Position numbers and translations under genes: made by a program. Below are positions 1-13,969 of a stretch of 64,000 nucleotides of DNA, one piece after another. Positions within the stretch are counted from its first letter, which is position 1. Every line of letters starts with the position of its first letter. This DNA is from Lingula anatina. Lineage: Eukaryota > Animalia > Brachiopoda. The stretch lies in the NCBI GenBank assembly GCA_051362555.1, contig CM120641.1:21266001-21330000 (forward strand). Reading direction: 5' to 3'. A model generated the notes under the pieces. The model saw only the letters and a program-made list of their open reading frames with translations. It did no database searches and was not told the DNA's origin.

Positions 1-3000
1 CCTGCATTCAGCCCCTATATGTTGTGGTCGATGCAGGCCACCGAGCAACCTAATCGGCCGTGCAGTCAGCAAATACCAGCCTTTCATTATCCTATGATGG
101 TTTGAGAGTTCGTGCGCTTGACCGTTCAAAGACAAGGAAAAGACCATGTTTGATCTGCGTTTGTAACAAAATTAGCGACGATTTTGTTACTTTTGCCAAA
201 CAAGAATCACCTTTAGTTTTCGGTTGACGGCATTTATGTTTAATAATAGATAAATTTGACTATTTGAAAAAGGTTTTGTGCATCCGTTTTTTTACCGTCC
301 TTTTCATATTCTGATTCACTCTCTTGCTAGACACCAACAGAATGTATTTCGCTTGAAACTACGAATATTATAAAGCTAAGGTCGCTTCACATGAATATCA
401 GCATATCTTATTAGTACAAATTCGAATATTTGTTGCAATTATTTGTCCTTCTTTTATCCCTATTTTTTCTCAATATAATTTCGTGTCAGGCAAATCAAAT
501 ACGCAGCAGGGATAACGACCTTCGCAAAAAAATCACATTTTTCACGTGCAAAAAACAAATAAATCTTCATCTCCCACATTATTGAAACAAGGCATATGCC
601 AGGAAATGAGAAAGTTTGACTGCTATATTAATAAGCAAACTCATCTGAATTGATATATAACGACGGCAAATGAAAAGAACAATATATGGGAAAAATGATG
701 GATTGTATTTGCACGTCCGCTTCTTCGGTGAGGTGCAAACGAGAAGTTAATTTCGCGCCAGCAGAACGCAGAAAAGCACCTAGGCAGGTAATTTGTAGTT
801 TATGAACACCACGACAAGCACAAATCTAAAAATTTATTGCTTAATTATCCTTGTTTGTGCGGAAACGTGCTGATAAGGAAACCATATTGGTGAGATACTA
901 AGACGCTAATTTTGTGAACTAGATTAAGCAGAGCTACGGCGATAAAAAAGAAAAAAAAAAAGACGTCGTCCTAGATGGGGATGAATAGATCCGTCTTTAT
1001 ATTTTCGAAAATGATCATTCCGAAACTCGAGATGAGACAATCTCGCTGCAAATTCAATCTCTCCTGGACTCATTTCAAGGGGCAGCATTAATTGTTTTAT
1101 TTGATTATGGTATCAGAGTCGGGTAGCTATTATAAAATTACAGCCATTCTTATTAGATTATCAGCTTTAATCTTGGAACAGAACAGACCGATATCTTGTT
1201 ATTGGGATGTTTCATATTAGTCTATCGACAAAACGTTAAAAGGATCAGAAAATTAAGACATGAAACGATGAATAGAACGTACGGATTTCACTGCTGTGAG
1301 TTCGTCCCCAAAGACCTGCTTTCGCTGTGTGGCGAGGATGTCGAAAGTGAATAGAAACAATGCGTAGATCTGTCAAGAATATACCGCATTCATATCAAGA
1401 AAGTTTTTAGCGGAAAATGCGAAAAGAAAATCAATTACCATTAAACAATTGCGCTTGGTTTGTGGAAATCTACAGAGAGGAAACTTTGTAATAGTGGCGC
1501 TAGTGAAGCTAAAAGCACATTCATTTAATTTTGATTCCAAACTTATTCAATCTTAGATCAATGAACCTTTTTTTGATTCGGAGACATTCTCGGGGCACTG
1601 GCATCTCGGGGATCGTTCACCTTGATTGCAGTGAGGTTACTGATGAAAATACCACTTACCACAAAGAGAATTGTGAAATGTGGCATACTATCCGTAAATT
1701 CAACTGAAGGACGGTTTTGAGCACGACCAATTTCCGTCATGATTCTTAAATAAGCATTTAAAAACCTAATGCATATTTTTGACAATTATGTTCTAAGTAG
1801 AATATCGATGGTAAATGGATTTAAATTCTCACCTTTTTCTGACATTTTATATTAAATTGTGTAACCCTCCCTTTTTAATGTACATACAAAAAAAGGGACA
1901 CAAAACAACCCCCCCCCCCCCAAAAAAAAAAAAAAGCATGAAATAAACCTTAGATAAAGCAGAGGTCTTTATGCCCTTGTGGTAAAGTAGGTTTATCAAT
2001 TAGGAATTGCCATTATAGACATTATAGACAACCGAGGCTTTCCAATTTTTCCTTTTTTTCCCCAAACATAACAAACTTGGCAGAGACGTAAAATTTCTCT
2101 CATCCATACTTTGCTCTTCAACATTTCTGCCCTAGGTAAAGGCGCGATAAGCAACGATACCAGTTCATGAAATTAAAAAAAAAAATTTGATAAATTTTCA
2201 ACTGCCGTAAGGTCAGAGAGAGATCTTATTCCATTGATCCAAGTATAGGAGCCTTCGGTATACCGGGTAAATATTGCTGTCCCGAACCTCGGGAGCTTAC
2301 CTGCGTCATGACGTACAAGGTCGCGCCCCGTTTCCCGCCTTTCCGGAGCCAGCTATGGACATTGAGCCAGGGTCGGGACCCTTCCCCTGGGTATGAAGCA
2401 GGTGTCTTTAGAGAAGAATAGAGAACTGTCTCCCCCAAATGCGAATTAAACCTGGAAAATTACACGGTCTAGGACCCGGCGCGCCATTCCATGGTCACAC
2501 TAATAGCCGCTCTTTGCTGGCTGAGATTGTTTAGTATGTTGAGACCTTAAACAAACCTAACATTGTGTCTGGACGAGTAATGGAAGGGTTTTTTATTTGG
2601 ACTTCCTCTTGTTGACCTACCTAGTCAAAGCAAAATAAAACATGTCAAACTTTGAATATTTACCCTCCTGTTCGAGATATTGATTAGACCATAATAAAGG
2701 TGTACAGCGACTTTAGATACAATATAAAGTAATATCTATTGCTTTATTCATGACTACTGACCTAACCAAAATGCCCGCTAAATACAGGTGTTCAATTGAA
2801 ACATCATTGATGTGAAAGAAAGGACAAATACAATCGAAATTAATAATGGGAATATGCACACTGCCAAGACACTTCATTGAACAAAGGCAACACAGGCCGT
2901 GATTTGGGAAAATATTACACCATTTATTTTCCACATCCTTATACTTGAAAAGAAAAGATATGGAAAGTGTGACATAATGCACCTTCCAGTTAATAGAAAA

Positions 3001-6000
3001 ACCTGTCCTTAATTTAAGAATCGTCGCAGTGCTTGTGCAAACTTAGCGGAAGAAATACTCAGGTTTCCAGCAGCTCGCTTAAGTATTTCAAGGATAATTA
3101 AGAAATTGCCACGATCTTAACCAGCTGTAGATTAATAAAGAAAAATTAATTGGTTGCAAAATATGAAGTGCTTACCCTTTTCTGTTTACCCAAATTCAGG
3201 ATCTTGACCCGATTTTATTTGGAAACCCAGGTAAATCATGCACGTTTGTTGATAAACCGCCGGGTAATGTTTGCTGAATACGCCTTCAAATACTACCCGA
3301 CTTAATTAACGCTTTGTGGAAGATATTAATTAGAGTTATCTTCTCCCGCCCACCGTATGTGTTCACTTGTTAACTTGCATTGAGTTTGATAGGCGTTCAT
3401 AATTAGGCCAAGTATTCGCACAACAAAGCTAAAAGTTTGGTTTCATGTTATATAAACACATGCTTTAAAGACGCAGTTCTTATGCTTAGATATCAACTTC
3501 GCGATCATGGAATTATTTCGCGACTTATTTCACTAGCGGCATTTAATTTCAGACAACCTATTAGCTTAAAACTGTTATGTTTTTAAATTTTTTAACTATA
3601 AAAATTAAACAATTTGATAATCTTTAAATTTCAGCAAAAAAAAAATAAATAGTAATAAATCTGGCTAGTCTAAACTTTTCGATTTCTTGACATGCTCATC
3701 GATTTCAAACACCCCGTGACTGTGTTTAAAATTTACGACAGTTCGCATTTCTAAGTGGTCTTCTATTTAATAACATAAGCTGATAATGGCGTACTTTTAA
3801 TATCATGTTGAACCATGATGCGAATTGAACGGCAGAAGATACGATATATCGATTCTCTCCATCTCACAGCAATCAATACTCAACATTAACATGGGGTTGC
3901 TTGGAAATTCTTAAACGTGGAAATGTGAATAATACAACGCTTATCAACCTATATATCATCTACTTAAACGAGAATTGATGAAGCTAGAGGAGAAATTCTA
4001 TCAAACATCTGTCCAAAGTAATTATCTTTAGCGTCAAGGTCTACCTGAGATGGACTGTGTGAAAAAGCCGATTGTTTGACGTGGCTAACAAAGTTCTTAC
4101 CTGCATGATTGTAGAATATTTTGCATATCATTTGGTCCTCTTTTATCAACGTTTAATTCGTAGAAATAGTATCTAATTTGGACTGTTTATTTTTTATCAT
4201 TATTGTCTGCTATATACATCTATTAAATGTAAAATTTAATTCGCAATAATTATACTCCTACAATTTCTCTAGTGATTGTTTTTATATTCAGTATTAGTCA
4301 CTACTATTTAATCTTGGATTTTTTTAATGATGTATGCAGACGCTTTGGCATTTATTTTAACTCTATCTTTCATCTCGTTTTTCTCATTTTCTCATTTCCC
4401 GCCTCTCAGCCTTGTCCCAGGTAAATGGCCAGAAAAGCAAATGAACTCTGGCCTGGACCGGGGAAGGTTTATCCCGCTCTTCCAAGGTGGTGGTCCGTGT
4501 GAGGGGATTAGGCCCTATTGCAGGTAGCCCGCTTAACGTTCTACACTCGATCCGCGATTAAATTAACACGGTCTTAATGGTTTAGGTGTGTGGGATAAAC
4601 CGCTGGCATTGTCTTCCTGAGGTCGGCTTTAATTACCACCCAATCGGCATAAAATGGGATTTATTTTAGCAGCATTGTATTTTGATAGATCCTGCCCTTT
4701 ATAATCTCTCCAAGAATGTGGGTGGTGTGCGCGGTTGCACACTTGTCTCGAAAAAGAAGTGTTTTGCTGACTCACACAGGTGGGCCTTGGAGATTACTTA
4801 AGCAACACGAGTGTCTGGGTTGCTCGTGTCTAAGATTTTTTTTTCGATTCAAAAATATTAATATTCGGCCGTGAGGCAGCAATTAACGGAAAGGAGGAAT
4901 AAGAGGAAAACAAAATTAACAAGGCGAAGTGGAAAGAAAGAAAAAAGAATCGTTGCGAAACAATTTTCACGTCAGTTGATAATACACAATCTTATGTCAG
5001 CGCCTGGTTCTAATTTGATCATATCCAGTTCGTAAAGCACACGTTTCTGGCAGCGTATTTGCTTTATCTTTAAAGACTTTGCGGAGTTGACAGCTGTAAA
5101 TGTCATAAATATGGCATTTGCGACTATCGGAAAATCCAGCACTTAGCTGTTGACTGGATGTTTGATTGTCATAAATATATCGCTTTATATATTAAATCTG
5201 TGGTGGCAAGTGATAAGATACGTTATGGCCTCTGCCCTTACTATCGCACCTGCAACTGACTGGGTCCTCTAGTCCGACAGACGGTAAAAATGTGGCGGGA
5301 AAATTTTTCGCCGCCATATTCATAAACTGACACGCACCTAAAACGTCTGAATAATCACGCGTGTTTTTCTTACCTTCCCTAAAAAGCTGTTAAACTGGGT
5401 CCTTTTCAGTTTTTGTCTCCCTCTCGTAGATCTTCACTCTTCAGAGCAATGCGATTTGTACATTACCCGATAAAATTTTGAGAAATATGAAGATAATCTG
5501 GAAGAATATATACACAGGCTGATCACCGTATTTGAGCTGTGTCTAAAACCCCTTCAACTGTGTAAATTTGGACAAGCGTAAAGATCACTTTTCCTTATCT
5601 AACTCACACAGTACAAGAATCGAAACAAACGTTTTATAATGTGTACTGTTCCTATCTTGTAACTTTCTGATATGACCTAACTTCACACAAATTGGTATGA
5701 AAATGTTTACTTCTTTGTGTCTATACACACACCACAAGTGGGATAAATGAATATGCAATGGTGTGCCAAGCAATTACAACAAATGACATAGCAGTTCAAA
5801 ACATTTATCTAACATCGCAGAGTTCAAGTTTGTTTTCTATTTGCATTATGTTTTATAGACTAAGCGATCTGCATACTAGTAATCTGAGGCAACGGTTACA
5901 TTACACATATTTTCAGTTCGCAATTGTAATTTCGACAGACGGGCTTTTTATACAAAAACAGTGTTTTTTTCTCACAAAAATGTGTCCCAGTAAAACAAAA

Positions 6001-8486
6001 TTATGACTCACATTCCGTGTTATTCTTATCTCGTATGGTTTCACAGAAAAAAGTTTTTATCAAAATTACGAAGTAATGAAAAAATATCGCGGCCTACTTC
6101 AACATGTTGGCCAGGAAGAAAAGGACTTACACAAGCCCTACCTAGTCACTTAAATGGTTCCGGAGTAACTTGAAGTTCTGTGTCACCTTATTCTGTTAAG
6201 ATAATGTGTGTTTGTGCGACTGAGATTATAGTTATCTCATTTGTCAATACCAAAAGGGCATGAGAACATCTCTACATAGAATCCTCTATGGGAACCGTGG
6301 AATATATATACAAATATACATAGTTGTCTGTATCCATATACACACATGTAGATAGAAAAGGGAAATTATATTTTAGGCTTGTACAAAAAAAGGCAAATAA
6401 TTGCGACGATAATGATGTAAAGGTAAAAAAAGTTAAACATCTTGTCAAGTAATTGTAATATATATTTATCATTTATAATTGCTTTTAAATTATTTTTATA
6501 TATTTTATTAACTTTTTTTGTTAAACTCACTTAAATCATCAGCGAATGAGATTTAACTTAATTTTTAGGAAGAATATAAGTGGACGCATTTATCATTTCA
6601 TTAAACAACTCGCGTCTATTATATGATAACTCTTCGATAATGAAACCAAATAAGATAGAAAATAGAGCTGAAAATAGATATGTTGAATCAACAATTTGCG
6701 CGTCTTATCGTGCTAGTAGTTATAAGATATAGGCATATTTTTTTTCTGATATACATATCCATGCCCGCTTATGATATCAAATTATATGAAAATAAAATGT
6801 TAAGGCTGCATATAAAAATCTAAGGTGTCGTGTAGATTTCATTAATATCTTATTCAGACTTTGGGCCGGTTGTAATTTTGCAGTCTTGCAATTTTCTCAT
6901 TCATTCTCAGTTCTAAACTTTTGCATGCATTAGGTTTTTTACTTCCTTGTGCTTACACAAAAAATCATCAATTCAAATAGTTGCAAATAAAAATGAAAGT
7001 AGATTGGAAAAAAATTACTCGAATGTAAATCAGGAAGCCTTCGCATAAAAAAGGGCATCTGAGGGCGAGAATAAATTAACTCGTTTCTTATTGTTATCAT
7101 GGGTTTCAAATTAATTATTCAATGGTTTCACATCAGGGGAGCATTGTTGCAAATTGAAAAGGGAAAATGAACCTCGAATAATTATTTTTAATCCGCTGTG
7201 GCTTCGGGTAGGACATTGTCTGTCATTTTGAAGTTCTTTTTGAATCTTGCGATATTATCCTGTTTAGAAGAAAAACCAAAAGTAAAAATCGAAAATAGTA
7301 TGTATCACTTGACACTATATTTAGCATCATAAGAAAAGAAAAACCTGTCATTAAAGGTAAAACGAAGGTTGTGTTTCAGACTGAAACGTGCGTCGCTTTG
7401 CAGATGTTCGGGCTTCCAAGTCTTGATTAGTATTATGCGTGATTAATATAAGCCTTGATAGCAGTAAGGGTCCCAAATCAGGAATTTCATTAATCGCCTT
7501 CCTTTTTGCAGGAAACTGAGTCAGGTTTTGTTGGCCCTATTGAGTCGGCTCAAAATAAGCTGGATTCGATAGCGAGAAGGGCTGTTACCCAAGGCGCGCT
7601 AGCAGGTCGAGGAATTTATCATAGTCTTATCGCACGCGTCAAAGGTAAAAGCCCGGTGAACCTAGCAACGCATCCGCGACTGATAGTGACGGCATCAACA
7701 GCGCGGAGGCTAGGAAGATAAAGTCCTTACTTGTATGGCAGGAGATATGACACACACTGTGGGAATGGCTGTCCTGCATTTATGAAGAATATTTCCCTTG
7801 AAGTTCACTAAATATGTCGCTAACTGTCTGAGTGAAATATATATTTTCGAAATTGCGTATTCTTCACTTTCTGTGGAAAAGAAAGACATGAACACAACGT
7901 TCATTTGAAGTCACATGAGTATTATAGGGGCGTTATAATTGAGTTTTATTGTAGCTTCAAAAGAACTATAAGCACATGACGGTCAGGAGATTACATTTCT
8001 CATCATATTTTCATAATATCATACCTCAACAAACATTTTTGAATGTAGGGCTATCAATTGGATTTTACCAGGACATTTGGTAAGGGTGAGGTTTGTTTAT
8101 GAAATCTTACCTTAATAAAACACTTTATTAAAACTGTGGACGTGGAGTTAACTCACTTTAAATTATTTCGTATGTGTGCTTGAACTGTAGATAGAAATGA
8201 TTCAAAAAGAATTCGAGTTAAACTGACAAAGACTATTAGCAAATTATTCACTCATGCAACCAAAAAGTGAAAAAAAGGTAAACACTGCACGGAAGTTCAT
8301 TTTCCCAAACTCGTATCAGCTCTTTCTCTAAAATATGTTGCCAACTTGTTGAAGGAGTTTGTTCATCATAAAGTCTTAAAGCAATAAGGTGAAAAGCTGC
8401 AGTGATCCAAATTATACGTCTTCTTTTTGAATATTTGGTATACATATATTGTAAATGTCCGAGATTTGAAAATTACAAAATTAATC

Positions 8487-8489
<3 letters not shown>

Positions 8490-8530
<41 letters not shown>
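8490..8530. repeat. (TA)n microsatellite
   Basis: Uninterrupted TA dinucleotide run of about 40 nt followed by a T run. Confidence 0.95.
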
Positions 8531-8538
<8 letters not shown>

Positions 8539-9696
8539 TGCAGCTGATCTCCATTCAAAACAATTTTCTATTTTCTTTTCTCTTTGCTGCTCTGTTTTTT
8601 ATGCAACTCAATAGAATTCATTTAATAATTTTCCCGCCTCCATTGAATATATTTTAAACCCTTCTCTGCCCGCCTCCACTGTCGTCCACATTAAGAATTG
8701 TGTAAACAGTCAGTGTCAACATTACCCAACGATTGTACAACCTAACAAACAAACAATTTCTGATAAAGGGTTGTGGATTTATTACTATTTACCTGTTCAG
8801 CAAAATAGATTTGCTCAAATATTTTACATCTACATTTGCTCATATTAAAATCACATGTTATGTTGATATAAGACAGAATTAGCAATCAGTTTCTCCTCTA
8901 TTTCCCTATGGAAAACATTTTTTTTCTGATAAAATATTTAAATATTTACACCAGTATTCCCCTAATCTAAATCAATCACTTCCTATACACTCTTGTGTAC
9001 CGTCTCTACTACAAAACAAATAGACAAAATACTTAAAACTTCATTTGAAATAAGAAGTTGATAAATTACGCTCTACTCTGTTTTCAGGAAAAGGAGATAT
9101 ACATACACAATAATGCAATAATGGTGGTGTTCTAGGTTTGATCATCTGCTTTAAATGGCACCATGGTTTATGTTATATATTAATAATAATATATACTCAT
9201 TTCGCATTGATACTAAATATTAAAAAATAAAAAAACCGCCCCATGACAAAATATAATAAGTATTGACAATATTTTTTAAATGGAAACAAGTTCGCTAACA
9301 ATGTTGCTTTGATTGTCTTGTAAATGATGAACGGTTCATGAGAAAATAAAGAATGGCACAAAGAATACAGGAATACGCACCTCTCCATTTTGATTTGGAA
9401 AGACAGCGCGAGTCCGCTCATCAAATTTGAACAACATCCGCTGTCAGAAGTTAATGTTCCTTACAATTGGCAATTCGGTAAATGCATTTATGTTATAAAG
9501 TTATTTGGTGAGGTACATAAAAAAACTCACCGTAAACTCTTAGTATCTTTTTCTGATAATATAAATGCAATCTGCTGTGATCCTCGGGACTAATCCAAGG
9601 ACAGATGGCAGTCGAAAGAAGAGTTAGGTTTTGTTGCGGTTCTACCCTTGAATAAAAACTCTTTGGTATATCATTTTAGTGCAGTTTTTGTTCTGT

Positions 9697-10899
9697 TCAT
9701 AAACTTGTTGTGACGGAGGACTGGGGAGGACCGTATTTGTAATAATCACCGTCTGTAGTCATGTTAGGGTTGGCTTCTTTAGCAATATTCACCGCCGACG
9801 GCATTTGTCCATAATATGCATGCTGCATGCTTTCATACATTTTCATGTCCATTTTATTTTCAGCTGACATAATGTTACTTATTGAAAAAGGGTGATTGAA
9901 ATGTGGCCCGTTCATCTGACCGGGATGCATTTGCATCATACTCTGAGCGTCCATGTACGTCGCTGCGGGTCTCATGTCCGTGTGTGACTGTTGAACAACC
10001 TGGTGGTTCGGAGAATGGGAAGGAGGAATCGGTTCAGCCTTTGGGGGCAGTTCTGTGTTGTTTTCCCCTGTGTTGTTCGGCGTTTGTTGCGGGGGCTGCT
10101 GCGTCGTCTGCTGCGGTCCGAGTGGAGGGGGTTGTTCGTCGCCGCTATCGTCGTGGGAGTCCATTTTGGAATCGGGGGATCCCATACCATGTTTTGCCGC
10201 CGTACGTAGTGACTCTTTTTTCGGGTCCTTGAATCTTTTCTGTCTTCTCAAATAGCAGCCATTTTCAAACATGTTTCCAGAATCTGGATGGAGGGTCCAG
10301 TATGAGCCCTTCCCTGGCTTGTCGGGCGTGCGCGGTACCTTAACAAAACAGTCATTGAAGGATAAGCTATGGCGGATTGAATTCTGCCATCTTTGCTGAT
10401 TCTGACGATAGAACGGAAACAAGTCCATGATAAATTGATATATTTCACTGAGGGTACACATTTTGCTGGGGCTCTGTTGGATCGCCATTGTGATGAGGGA
10501 GATGTAGGAGTAAGGCGGCTTGGCGTGTGTATAACTACGTCTGTAAGTCTTTTCACGGGCTCTGTTAAGCGCTTGATGGTCCAGGCCAACGGGAGACATA
10601 GAGGGACTCATTCCGTTCATATGTCCCGCCATGGTACCCATACCCATGCTATTCATGCCTCCCATGGATCCCATGTTGGCCATGTTCATACCAGTCATGC
10701 CCATATGGCCCATGCCCATTGCGCCCATACCTGTACCTGGCATACCGCCCATGGAGCCCATGGTCTGCATGGTCTGCATAGTCTGCTGGGGATAACCCAT
10801 GCTTGTCATGCCCCCATAGGCTGTGTTCATCCCTGGCATAGAAGACATGGAGTACCCACTTGTACTCACGGTGTCGTAGGGGGATTTCGCAAGATTCAT
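9697..10899 (-). CDS. FOXA: Forkhead box A transcription factor, single coding exon, 400 aa
   Basis: Forkhead domain [22 protein letters not shown]...[20 protein letters not shown]...[29 protein letters not shown] is diagnostic of the FoxA class. Met/Gly-rich N-terminus and a C-terminal EH1-like [12 protein letters not shown] motif are also present. Confidence 0.97.
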   Translation of the reverse strand: MNLAKSPYDTVSTSGYSMSSMPGMNTAYGGMTSMGYPQQTMQTMQTMGSMGGMPGTGMGAMGMGHMGMTGMNMANMGSMGGMNSMGMGTMAGHMNGMSPSMSPVGLDHQALNRAREKTYRRSYTHAKPPYSYISLITMAIQQSPSKMCTLSEIYQFIMDLFPFYRQNQQRWQNSIRHSLSFNDCFVKVPRTPDKPGKGSYWTLHPDSGNMFENGCYLRRQKRFKDPKKESLRTAAKHGMGSPDSKMDSHDDSGDEQPPPLGPQQTTQQPPQQTPNNTGENNTELPPKAEPIPPSHSPNHQVVQQSHTDMRPAATYMDAQSMMQMHPGQMNGPHFNHPFSISNIMSAENKMDMKMYESMQHAYYGQMPSAVNIAKEANPNMTTDGDYYKYGPPQSSVTTSL

Positions 10900-11149
10900 G
10901 ACTTAAGGAACTGCTGCAGTCGCGGTTTTTCAACTGGAGGGAATTTACCTCTTTCGCTTTACTGCGCCGTGTACTGCAAGTCACCGCCGTCAAAGTTAGG
11001 ATCACAGATGGTCCCTTCAGCTGGTCTTGTATGGGTTTTCTCGGTTCTGTCCCAATCCAAGCATGAGTTGAGATAAGAAAGTAGTCCTAGTAGCACCCTG
11101 TGCTGACACAGTTTGATAGCTTGCGTGGAGCAAATACAGTGTAGAGTGG

Positions 11150-11510
11150 TTGACCCTGGGTAAATATACCTATGGCTTGTAAGATATCCTGACTCCGCCC
11201 CCTTCTATAACACGCGTCCAAACAGAAACTGCGCGCAGGTAAATTAAGCCGCTTCGCCCCGCCCCTTGTGCATACTAATTGGCCGCCATCATCAAGATCG
11301 GACGGTTTTGTAGTATAACCATCAAGCTGAAGTGTAAGTTTTGTCCACAAATTTGTTATCAAAGTAAAATAGTAGTATTTTTATTGAATCATGAGACGAT
11401 CAAGTCGTAAAAAATCAAAAGCAGGACGATAGGTAACATAAAAATTTATGCGCATTTCCAATAGATGTGTCATGAGTAAGCGCCCAGGCGGGTTCCTGAC
11501 GTCAATATCA
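11150..11510 (-). promoter_or_regulatory. Candidate FoxA proximal promoter
   Basis: CpG-rich stretch 250-600 nt upstream of the ATG. It has a TATA-like TATAGAAG (11209-11202, -), GC boxes (11195-11200, 11259-11264), CCAAT (-; ATTGG 11278-11282), a forkhead core GTAAATA (11160-11166), TCF/LEF ATCAAAG (11358-11364) and a full CRE TGACGTCA (11497-11504). The TSS is not determined. Confidence 0.55.
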
Positions 11511-13920
11511 ATGTGACCGTGGCGCGATGTACAGAGCAATTTGTAAAGATATAAAAATAAGGCATAACTGTCCCCAGGCAAAAATCGAAGGGCTGCTCTC
11601 TTCAGTGAGGTCAATCCACGACTTCACGTATTGAGTTTTATAAATGTTCTACCTTGCTTGGGATGAAGCCATGCGTATTGTGGAGACGGGATTTAGATTT
11701 TTTTACCCATGCCTTGTTTGGGGTTGTTGCCGCAAAGTGAATGACACTCCTATATATATTTGGGTTCTATAGTTACGGATAGTTGCATGCCACCTGCCGA
11801 TGTCGAGTAGCACTGAAAAATCTAGGTTCTTTGTGACACTCGCTCCTCGAAAATCATATTTGTCAAGCAAAATTGAATTCTTATTGCAAGACAGTACTGT
11901 AGGAAGTGGAAGATTTGTTTTTCAAGTGTTTCCCTGCTATTTGCGTTTTGTAGTCTTCTCTATGGGAACATAATACCTGTATACTCCTGTAAACAGAGCT
12001 TAATTTTCAATGGAGAAATCATTATGATATCTGAACGAGAGCAGCCAGGGACCCATCGTCGGTTTTCTTGATAAAACACCTTTATTTAAAGAAGTGATTT
12101 AGTTTTATTTATGATTATCTAGATACTTTAGAGTAAAATTTTTGGATTCAACATTGAATAAATAAATTTAGATATAAAAAAAACTCAGCATAATTTTAAT
12201 CCAAAATTATGCTCTGTGAAATATCTTGATGTTGCATATTATATAGTAATGCCAAAATTATACATGCCATTCACCTCTAATTTTAGGGCCAAATTTTCAT
12301 GATTATTGTGCTAATTTCGTGCATTATGATCTTATTACGGGATACAGTAGAAAGGGAGGGGCAAAGCAGACCTCCTCTTGTGTTGGGGGAGAGGTGACAC
12401 GTGGACTTCGGAAACAGCTTCACTGGTTGACATCCAAATCGTGACTAATAACAGCTAGTTAAAATTCAGAAATGCAAAAGGAACAAATTGTCCACTTAGT
12501 GTAGCGGCCTTTCACAATGACCTACCTGACGATACAGGTGTCCGTGGCAGCCAAACTGACAGTAATACGCCTCTTAATAAGTTTCACGGGTTTCTCGCCA
12601 CAGATGACAAAACATCACCTGTGGCCACCTGTACGAAGGACAATAAATTAAGGTCAACTAATTTGGAGCAACAGGGTCCTCTCAATAACGGTGTTGGGGC
12701 TATTTGTTCAGTGGCACTTTAAAAGCTGGAATCATTGTTCCCTTTTAACTGTGAGGTTTAATCAGGCTTTGTTGTGAATCCAAACATAAACAAACTCCCT
12801 GCACCGCTTTTTCTAGATGTCTCGGAACCGACCATTACGCTTGGGTCTATGCGAGTGAAATATTATCAGTTATTCGCTTGTGACTGGTTGGATTTGATCA
12901 TTTATGGAAAAAATTCAAAATGATGGAAACATTTGATGTCAAAATATCGTACAATAATGGGGTAATGAGAAAGATATATTATCCCTTTTCTACAAATTGT
13001 TTTTCTGTAACAATTATAAAATCAGTTTCTGCACTTGTCCTATTAAACGAATTCTCAAGGACAAGAATATGTAGTGTTAAGAAAACTTCTTGACAAGGTT
13101 AAAGCAAATTTACACTGATTTATCGTTTATTTTTCTAACATAAGTCGAGCTTCTTCACTAAGTGGTGTATCAACTTCTAAGTTATGATTTGACAACATTT
13201 GTCTGGCGAAGTTAAACATTTTTATCAAATATTAGCTCAGTCTCGCTTACTTTTCTCCGATTGTACGCGGCAGCTTGCATCGATAAAAGTAACAAACACA
13301 TTGTGGTCTTGAAATTCATGTTTTCTATAAGGACCAACCTTTTGTGACCTTTATGAATAAATTTAGGAAACTTCATAATGCAAGTTCTGGTAATAGAAGA
13401 CTGTTCCAACTCTCGGGCGAAACCTTGCAAACATGCGAGTATATAACATCAGCCAACCCGAGGTAGACAGCCTCAACAAAAATCAATGCAATTCACCTCA
13501 GTTTAATTGAAAAAGCTTGGACCGGAATTATTTACCCTGGCGATGGATGGAACTCTAGTTGACACAGGTTCGCATACCTGAAGACCCTGGGTAAAACCCA
13601 GATACGGTATCCTTAATGGTGGGAATGAGAGGGTCGGAAATTTGGATTGTAAAACCGTGTGTACATAGCTTAACTGCATAAAACCTTGGTTGCATCATAT
13701 ATGGATATTTAATGCGGGACTAAAAAGTGATGTGATTGACCAAGCTGATCAGTAAATACAGAATAGAGAAGGAAAGTTTTTAAGTAAGTACTTTAAAAAG
13801 TACATTGTCACGTACTTTAATTTCGTGAGTGATTATGTCAATTATGTGTCAATTATTTTTCTAGCGATGTGTTTGGAATTTTGAGCTCAAACATATATAG
13901 CAAAATTCAAAGTAACATCG

Positions 13921-13923
<3 letters not shown>

Positions 13924-13965
<42 letters not shown>
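13924..13965. repeat. (AT)n microsatellite
   Basis: Direct read of the dinucleotide run. Confidence 0.95.

Positions 13966-13969
<4 letters not shown>

Noticed and set aside
8402-8657. ORFs with YIYIYI runs
   Set aside because: These are translations of the (TA)n microsatellite.
10864-10872. Consensus-like donor ACC|GTGAGT inside the FoxA N-terminus
   Set aside because: The ORF is continuous and FoxA-like through this point, and no matching acceptor is needed.
10393-11076. 227-aa His-rich ORF on + and other ORFs overlapping FoxA
   Set aside because: Antisense shadow. The Met (ATG) codons of FoxA read as His (CAT) on the other strand, and no independent domain is visible.
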